64,000 bases of DNA from an uncultured Gemmatimonadales bacterium (lineage in GTDB: Bacteria; Gemmatimonadota; Gemmatimonadetes; Gemmatimonadales; GWC2-71-9): positions 1,120,001 through 1,184,000 of the forward strand of contig CAWHFW010000005.1 in assembly GCA_963828735.1 (NCBI GenBank). The letters run 5' to 3'. Shown one piece after another: positions 57,952-64,000 of this stretch. The notes under the pieces were generated by a model. The model searched no databases, had not been told where the DNA came from, and saw only the letters and a program-made list of their open reading frames with translations. Position 1 is the first letter of the stretch. The number at the start of each line of letters is the position of its first letter. Made by a program: the position numbers and the translations under genes.

Positions 57952-59775
57952 ATGTCTGACCCCGCGGCTCCATCCGTCTCCCGCCGGCTTCCCAGGCCCG
58001 GTCGTCTCGTGCGGCTGTGGCCCCGGGTGCGCCCATATCGCGGCATGCTCGTGGCCGCCACCATCGCGCTGGTGCTGAGCGGCCTCGCGAGCCTGGCCTT
58101 CCCGATGGTGGTGCGGTACCTCCTGGATGCCGCGTTCGTGAACCGGGATCGCGCGCTCCTGGACCAGATAGCGCTCGGCCTGGTCGCGTTGTTCTGCGTG
58201 CAGGCGGTGCTCAACTACCTGCAGGCGTATCTGCTGAGCGCGGCGGGCGAGCAGGCGGTGGCGGGACTCCGGCGCGAGCTGTTCGCGAAGCTCCTGGAGA
58301 TGCCGCCGGGCTTCTTCGCGGACCGGCGCACCGGGGAGCTCACCAGCCGCCTCACGGCGGATATCGGACTCCTGCAGGGCGTCCTGAGCCACCAGGTCTC
58401 CGAATTTTCTCGGCAGATCATCGCGCTGCTGGGCGGGGTCATCCTGCTCACCTGGCTGCAGCCGCGACTCACGCTCACCGCGCTGCTTGCGGCGCCGGTC
58501 GTGGTGGGCACCGCGCTCGTCTTCGGGCGGCGGCTCAGGCACATGACGATGGGCGTGCAGGACCGGGTCGCCGAGGCGACCGCCGTCGCCGAGGAGGCGT
58601 TCTCGCAGATCCGGACGGTGCAGAGCTTCGTCCAGGAGCCGGCCGAGCGGGCACGGTACGGCGAGCGGATCAGCGCCAGCGTGCGGACGGCGCTCAAGCG
58701 CGCGCGGGTGCGGGGCGTGTTCTTCGGAATGCTCACGTTTTCGACCTTCGCGGCGATCGTGTTCGTGCTATGGCAAGGCGGCCTGCTGGTGCTCGACGGC
58801 AAGCTCACGGCGGGCGCGCTGGTCGGCTTCCTTCTCTACACCATCACCATCGCCGCGTCCATCGGAGCGCTGGCCACGTCGTTCACGACCTATCAGGAGG
58901 CGGTCGGCGCGGCGGAGCGGGTGTTCGAGATCCTGGAGATGGAGCCGGCGATCGCCGATCCCGCCTCGCCGGCGGCGCTTCCCGCGCCGCCACGGGGCCA
59001 GGTGAAGTTCGAGGGGGTGTCCTTCCGCTACCTGTCGGACCCCTCGCTCCCGTCGACCCTCGACGACGTTTCCCTCGCCGTGGCGCCAGGGGAGGTGGTA
59101 GCGCTCGTCGGCCCCTCGGGCGGCGGGAAGACGACGCTCGTGTCCCTTCTGCCCCGGTTCTGGGACGTGGACCGCGGGCGCATCACGCTGGACGGGCTCG
59201 ACATTCGATCGGTCCGGCTCGCGGAGCTTCGCGGCGCCATCGGGGTCGTGCCCCAGGAGCCGGCGCTGTTCAGCGGAACGATCCGGGAGAACATCGCCTA
59301 CGCGCGGCCCCAGGCCACCGAGGCCGAGGTCCAGGCGGCCGCCCGCGCCGCGCACGCCCACGAATTCATCGAGCGGCTGTCACTGGGGTACGAGACGCTG
59401 GTCGGCGAGCGCGGCGTCAAGCTGTCGGGCGGCCAGCGGCAGCGGGTGGCGATCGCGCGCGCGATCCTCAAGGACCCGGCCGTGCTCATCCTGGACGAGG
59501 CGACGAGCAATCTCGACACCGAGAGCGAGCGCCTGATCGAGGACGCCCTGGCCAAGCTGCTGGTAGGGCGGACGACGCTGATCATCGCGCACCGGCTGAG
59601 CACCGTGCAGCGGGCGGACCGGCTGCTCGTGCTGGATCATGGGCGGATCGTCGAGGAAGGGACACACGCGGAGCTGCTGGCGTTGGGCGGTCTGTACGCG
59701 CGACTGTATCAGCGCCAGTTCAGGGACGGGATGGTCGCGGTGGGCGGGGCGACGGAGGCGGAGGGCCTCGGGTAG
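57952..59775 (+). CDS. ABC exporter, fused TMD-NBD (MsbA-like)
   Basis: 6 TM helices; GPSGGGKTT, VPQE, LSGGQRQR, LDEATS, IAHRLST. Confidence 0.92.
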   Translation: MSDPAAPSVSRRLPRPGRLVRLWPRVRPYRGMLVAATIALVLSGLASLAFPMVVRYLLDAAFVNRDRALLDQIALGLVALFCVQAVLNYLQAYLLSAAGEQAVAGLRRELFAKLLEMPPGFFADRRTGELTSRLTADIGLLQGVLSHQVSEFSRQIIALLGGVILLTWLQPRLTLTALLAAPVVVGTALVFGRRLRHMTMGVQDRVAEATAVAEEAFSQIRTVQSFVQEPAERARYGERISASVRTALKRARVRGVFFGMLTFSTFAAIVFVLWQGGLLVLDGKLTAGALVGFLLYTITIAASIGALATSFTTYQEAVGAAERVFEILEMEPAIADPASPAALPAPPRGQVKFEGVSFRYLSDPSLPSTLDDVSLAVAPGEVVALVGPSGGGKTTLVSLLPRFWDVDRGRITLDGLDIRSVRLAELRGAIGVVPQEPALFSGTIRENIAYARPQATEAEVQAAARAAHAHEFIERLSLGYETLVGERGVKLSGGQRQRVAIARAILKDPAVLILDEATSNLDTESERLIEDALAKLLVGRTTLIIAHRLSTVQRADRLLVLDHGRIVEEGTHAELLALGGLYARLYQRQFRDGMVAVGGATEAEGLG

Positions 59776-59865
59776 GGCGGAAACCCGAGCCCGGGTTAGG
59801 TGAGCTGCGATCCGCGCCTGACCTTGGGATGGTGATGTCGCCCCGGCATGGTTGGGGACAAAACG

Positions 59866-59897
59866 ATGCCCCCCGCTGCGATCGCAGCGGGGGGCAT
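59866..59897. terminator. terminator hairpin between convergent units
   Basis: Perfect 32-bp palindrome ATGCCCCCCGCTGCGATCGCAGCGGGGGGCAT; TTTT follows on the minus strand. Confidence 0.75.
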
Positions 59898-59898
59898 T

Positions 59899-60027
59899 CG
59901 GTTTCGGGCGACTGGCCCGCCGATTACTGGGGACGGTACTCGCGTGCCTTCTATGCCGACCGCTCAGTGAGTCGCCTACGCAAGCGAGCCTCCACCGGAA
60001 TCGGCGGAGGCCCGTTGTTGGAGCCGC
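59899..60027 (+). ncRNA. candidate structured RNA (long irregular hairpin), family not recognised
   Basis: Manual fold gives nested stems CGGTTTC/GGAGCCG, CCGCCGATT/AATCGGCGG, CTGG/CCGG, CTCGC/GCGAG and CGAC/GTCG; G-U pairs favour the plus strand. Confidence 0.3.
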
Positions 60028-60043
60028 GAACCAGCACGCCTAC

Positions 60044-61414
60044 TTACTCAATTGTGCTTGGTGCGAGAATCAGCTTGATCGAGGTGGTAGCCCCGCCGTC
60101 GAAGTTCACCACCGCGATGAAGTAGGTGCCAGGCAGAAACTCCGCCGTGTCGCCTTCGTCGAAGGCGGTGGTGGCGGCTACAAGGGGCGCCGTGTTGCAG
60201 GCAGCGTCACCACAAACGATCAGGTCGAGATCGGCACCGCCATTGTCGGACGCCACACTCACGTTGATGGTATCCGTCGCGGCGACGGTGAACTTGTAGT
60301 ACTGTGCCCCAACACCGCCGTCACCGGTGATGTCGGCTCCAGTGAAGCTCGAGGAGTCGAACACCACGGTCGGGAAGGCTGACGGTGCGGTCACGGTGGG
60401 AGCGGTGTTTATATCGTCCGTGTTCGCGATCGGCGGAGCGACAGTACCCACGGTCATCGTATCCGTGACCGCGTTCGTGAGGTTCAGGGCAAACTGGTTG
60501 ATCGTGTCGATCACCAAGCCATTGACCAGGAGCAGCCCCGTGGCTCCCGGCGGCGGAATGAGCGTGGCGACGTTGGGAGTGGCGCCGACCAGCGTCACGG
60601 TGTCTGCCCCGATCTGGAACACGGCGGTAGCCGGATCGAACGTCGCTCCGTTGAAGGTGACCGTGACTGGCTCACCCAGGGCAGGCGTCAAGTTCGAGAC
60701 CGTGCCGTCGAACACGGTGATCGCCGGCGTGGTGAAACGAACGTCCGTCGACGGGGCGAATGTCACCCCGGGCGTGGCGTCCGAGACGACATCCGTGAGG
60801 ACGGCAGGAGCATTGAGGATGTTCGGCGGCGGCAGGAAGGTCAGGCTCTTGCCGTCAGCCGCCACGACCACATCCGCCGGCTGAGCGACGGCACCCGTGA
60901 AGGTCACCGTCGTGGTCGGCGAGAAGCTGACTCCGGCCGGCGCGGTGAGGGTGACGACCTCGTTCAGCACCGGGGTCACGTTGCTCGCTTGCACCGCGAG
61001 GACGTTCTGAGCAATGACCTGGACGGGGATCGTGACCGTGGTCTCACCCGTGCCGAGCTTGAAGGACGTGGCGCCGTAGTTGTCCGCCGTGACGACGAAG
61101 CGCATCGTCGGCGCCTCGGCGGCCACGCTGAGCTGGCTGTCGTTCACGAACACCGGCAGGAAGGTCGAGTCGCGGCGGACGGTGATGCCCGGGCCGACCT
61201 CGGTCGCCTCGTACGCGGACGAGATCGCGTTGCCCTGATCGTCGACCGCGGTGACTTCCACGGTCTTCGACTCACCCAGCTGCAGGAACAGCTGCGACGG
61301 CGTGGCTTCGATACGCGAGATCCCGGCCCGGAGCGGCTCGGTGGGATCGCCGCTGCATCCGAGCGCCAGCAGAAGGGCGAACAAAGGAACCATACCAGAT
61401 GTCAAGCGATTCAT
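60044..61414 (-). CDS. surface lipoprotein with Thr/Val-rich Ig-like repeats and possible C-terminal PPC-like domain
   Basis: Lipobox ALGC; repeated SN.TP.L.E.VT motif; QYYKFTV...ADLDL...PGTYFIAV; SD GAGGTG. Confidence 0.75.
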   Translation of the reverse strand: MNRLTSGMVPLFALLLALGCSGDPTEPLRAGISRIEATPSQLFLQLGESKTVEVTAVDDQGNAISSAYEATEVGPGITVRRDSTFLPVFVNDSQLSVAAEAPTMRFVVTADNYGATSFKLGTGETTVTIPVQVIAQNVLAVQASNVTPVLNEVVTLTAPAGVSFSPTTTVTFTGAVAQPADVVVAADGKSLTFLPPPNILNAPAVLTDVVSDATPGVTFAPSTDVRFTTPAITVFDGTVSNLTPALGEPVTVTFNGATFDPATAVFQIGADTVTLVGATPNVATLIPPPGATGLLLVNGLVIDTINQFALNLTNAVTDTMTVGTVAPPIANTDDINTAPTVTAPSAFPTVVFDSSSFTGADITGDGGVGAQYYKFTVAATDTINVSVASDNGGADLDLIVCGDAACNTAPLVAATTAFDEGDTAEFLPGTYFIAVVNFDGGATTSIKLILAPSTIE

Positions 61415-61458
61415 ACTTCGCACCTCGTTCAAAGGCCATGTAGAAGAAGCAGCAACAC

Positions 61459-62904
61459 TCAGAACTTGTCCGGTACCCCGTTCACCTTGAAGTCCACGCC
61501 GAGGAAGCGACCGATGTCATCGACCGCGTCCTCCTTGTGCAGCAGTTCCTGCCAGTTCGGCTGTCCAGGCTCCTTCAGGTCGTTGGAGTAGACCAGCTGG
61601 TAGTTGCCCAGGCCGTTGGCCCGATCGATGAAGATGTAGTACCGGTCTTTCCCGGTCCGGAACCGCCACACCTCGTACGGCGGTGAGCGACCGGCCTGCG
61701 GCCGCTGCAGCACATCGTCGGGCGCGCCGTTCCGGACGAAGATCCGGCCGCGGTCCGTCTTCCATCCGGGCATCGCCGCCCGGCCCTTCTCGCCGTAGGT
61801 CCGCTCCGCGTAGGCCACCGCGTCGTAGAACCGCTGGCGGGTCTCGTTGTCCGGCGTGCTGGGCACCAAGTCGCGCTTCTGCCAGAACTCGACCAGGAAG
61901 CGCCGCTTGGCGCGCAGGCTCAGGTCCTTCGTGTACTTGGACAGCTCGCCCGACTGGGCGACGAGCATCAGCGGTTCCTTCGCGGTGTCGAGCTCCTTCT
62001 CGTTCATCGCCTCGAAATAGCCTTCGTCGGTGCCCTTGGCCGCTTCGCGCCGCGCGACGTCCTTCTCCAGTGTCTCGTCGAGACCGGCCATGTTGAACAC
62101 CGCCGACCGTTCCACCGTCTTGCCGCCGATATCGAGCGCGGCATTCATCGTGTACTGGCCCGGCGGGAGGCCGCTCAGGTCGAGCTGACCCTTCAGGACC
62201 CCACCGCCCGCGGGCACCGTCACCGGCGTCGCCGGCGTCGTCGTGAGCGCCTTGCCGGCCGAATCCACCACCTTGATGGTGAGCGTGCCGTTCGTCTCCT
62301 GAGCCGAATAGGCCTCGAGGAGGTAGTACGCGGTGGCGCGGAGCGGTGTCAGCTCCAGTCGTGCCGCCGCCGTCACCAGCATGCGTCCCCACCGGAGCTC
62401 GGCCGGCAGCGGGACGGTGTCGCCGGCGGTGACGGGCCGGATCTGCGGCGACAGCAGCAGGTCCGACGCCGGGGGTGCGCTCCGATAGCCCTCGAGCTGG
62501 ACCGTCGATCCCACCTTGTGGCCCGACACGGAGTCCTCGACGTTCACCTCGAGGCTGTACCTGCCGGGCGCCAGACTGAACCGCACCATCTCGACCCCGA
62601 ACGCCGCTGGGCCTCGAACGTCGGCCGGGGCGTGGTTCTGCCAGGACTGCTGCAGCAGGGTGAGCCCCGTGGAGTCGGTCACCTTCACCCCGACCCGGTA
62701 ACTCAGGGATCCCGTGTTGCCCTCCCCCGTCGGCTCGAGTACGGCGTAGGGGACCTGGACGAACGCGTTCACTTCCGTACGGCCCTGCTCCGCGCGATAC
62801 GAGCGCACCGCGCGGAGGATGAGGCCGGCGTCGGGCGCCGGACCCTGCCCCGGACGCGCGAACGACGCCATGGCCGCGAGGGCGACCAACCGGACTGCGA
62901 TCAT
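61459..62904 (-). CDS. GWxTD domain protein
   Basis: Signal peptide; FLVEFWQKRD..P.TPDNE, GWKTDRGRIFVRNGAPD, YEVWRF. Confidence 0.9.
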   Translation of the reverse strand: MIAVRLVALAAMASFARPGQGPAPDAGLILRAVRSYRAEQGRTEVNAFVQVPYAVLEPTGEGNTGSLSYRVGVKVTDSTGLTLLQQSWQNHAPADVRGPAAFGVEMVRFSLAPGRYSLEVNVEDSVSGHKVGSTVQLEGYRSAPPASDLLLSPQIRPVTAGDTVPLPAELRWGRMLVTAAARLELTPLRATAYYLLEAYSAQETNGTLTIKVVDSAGKALTTTPATPVTVPAGGGVLKGQLDLSGLPPGQYTMNAALDIGGKTVERSAVFNMAGLDETLEKDVARREAAKGTDEGYFEAMNEKELDTAKEPLMLVAQSGELSKYTKDLSLRAKRRFLVEFWQKRDLVPSTPDNETRQRFYDAVAYAERTYGEKGRAAMPGWKTDRGRIFVRNGAPDDVLQRPQAGRSPPYEVWRFRTGKDRYYIFIDRANGLGNYQLVYSNDLKEPGQPNWQELLHKEDAVDDIGRFLGVDFKVNGVPDKF

Positions 62905-62945
62905 AGATCAGCTACCGCCACTTCAGAGCGAACAGGCAGGCCCGC

Positions 62946-64000
62946 CTACCACCCCAGCGAGAAGCTGAAGAAGTTGGTCGGGCCGAGGATACCGAGATAC
63001 TTGTAGGCGTAGTCCAGGCTCAGGCCGAACCCGTTCCCGTTCCCGCCGTACTGCAGGCCGCCGCCGAACGCGAGACCCTGGAGGCTCTCCTCGTCGCTGA
63101 GGGCGGTGGTCGACGTGGTCGGGGTGAGGTTGTTCGCGCCGGTATAGCTGTAGCTGCCCCGGAGCGCGAAGCCGAAGTTCGAGCCGCCGAGCTTCTGCGA
63201 CTGCCACTCGCTGCCGAAGGCGAAGCCAGGCTTGTTGTTGTTCGGCTGGTTGAAGTCGCCGAGCATCGTGAGCCGGTTGCTCTCGCCCGTGATGATGTCG
63301 TAGGCCAGCCCGACCCGGAACGTCGTGGGGAGCGGGAAGTCCTTGGTCAGCAGGTTGGCCTGCTGCGGCAGCGTCGGAACGGGATCCTCACCCGGCAGCG
63401 GGTCGCGCTGCACGTCGCCGGCGAGGCCGGTGCCCGAGTAGGTCAGGTTCGAGCCCAGGTTCGCGAGCACGAACGAGAACTTCACGGGGTGGTTGTTCAG
63501 CGACGCGTGGAAGTTGGTGCCGAAGTCCACGGCGAACGCGTTGCCGCTCACCGTGCCGAGCCGGTCATCGACGTACTTGGCGGTGATACCCGCCGAGAAC
63601 CGGTCGGAGAAGTTCTGGGCGAACGTCGCGCCCACGAACGTCTGGTTGACGGAGTACGTGCCGCCCGTGCCGTCCGGCTGGTCCTCGGTGTAGATCGGCT
63701 GGTCCTTGAACCCGAAGGTTCCGAGCTGGAAGCCGAGCGTCCGGGAGCCGCCGGAGAACGGGAAGGCCACGCCGGCCCACGAGTACCGGGTGTTGGCGAC
63801 GTAGTCGTAGGTTCCCAGCATTACGCCCGGCCGGTCCAGCATGGCCACGCCCGCGGGATTGTAGTAGAGCGCGCTGACGTCGGTAGCGATCGCGGCGAAC
63901 GATCCGCCGAGTGCCGTGCCCCGGGCGCCCGCGCCGAGAAGGAGGAACTCCGCCGCGGTCGTGCCGTAGGCGGTGTTGTCTTCCTGCCCGACTGGCTGTC
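62946..64000 (-). CDS. PorV/PorQ-like (UPF0164) outer-membrane beta-barrel, 5' end outside the window
   Basis: Frame is open to the window edge: AAEFLLLGAGARGTALGGSFAAIATDVSALYYNPAG; AVDFG; PLPTTFRVG; LDYAY; ends FSFSLGW. Confidence 0.85.
   Translation of the reverse strand, partial: QPVGQEDNTAYGTTAAEFLLLGAGARGTALGGSFAAIATDVSALYYNPAGVAMLDRPGVMLGTYDYVANTRYSWAGVAFPFSGGSRTLGFQLGTFGFKDQPIYTEDQPDGTGGTYSVNQTFVGATFAQNFSDRFSAGITAKYVDDRLGTVSGNAFAVDFGTNFHASLNNHPVKFSFVLANLGSNLTYSGTGLAGDVQRDPLPGEDPVPTLPQQANLLTKDFPLPTTFRVGLAYDIITGESNRLTMLGDFNQPNNNKPGFAFGSEWQSQKLGGSNFGFALRGSYSYTGANNLTPTTSTTALSDEESLQGLAFGGGLQYGGNGNGFGLSLDYAYKYLGILGPTNFFSFSLGW

Noticed and set aside
59924..60037. Small minus-strand ORF with TAG read-through (VLVRGSNN...ERSA*KAREYRPQ*)
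   Set aside because: No clear SD, no recognisable similarity and no recoding machinery in view; the region is better explained as RNA structure.

Overview
High-GC bacterial chromosomal DNA, most likely Gemmatimonadota. The lineage is inferred from gene content (SprA/PorV-like genes alongside Myxococcus-like type IV pilus genes) and was not checked by any search. All calls come from motif recognition in the sequence; no database searches were run. From left to right the window holds: (i) a type IV pilus locus with the minor pilin set pilX/pilW/pilV/fimT, three major-type pilins (two ~97% identical in tandem), two PilS/PilR-type sigma-54 two-component pairs, two sigma-54 promoters and a large membrane/spermidine-synthase-like gene inserted in the middle; (ii) a GIY-YIG/DUF2461 fusion, DUF2231, a PAS/GAF hybrid kinase, a lytic transglycosylase, hslR, and icd head-to-head with aceK; (iii) a MarR-linked cluster of DinB, a frameshifted BNR beta-propeller, a MoaD-like protein, a DGPF/YciI protein and an ECF42-type sigma factor; (iv) a GldA/GldF-G/DUF4340 ABC system and a MarR-hydrolase pair; (v) sprA, an M28 glutaminyl-cyclase-like lipoprotein, comEA and pilB-pilT-pilC in one direction; (vi) lptFG, nadB-nadA-nadC, an APC permease, a ctaA-ctaB fusion and an MsbA-like exporter; (vii) a PorV-like/GWxTD/lipoprotein operon. 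No tRNA, rRNA, CRISPR array or mobile element was seen. The most promising leads are a T9SS-like (SprA/PorV/glutaminyl cyclase) module next to the pilus and competence genes, the duplicated pilins with a candidate modifying enzyme, the propeller plus ubiquitin-like module, a structured intergenic RNA candidate near 59.9 kb, and repeated leaderless-promoter signatures.
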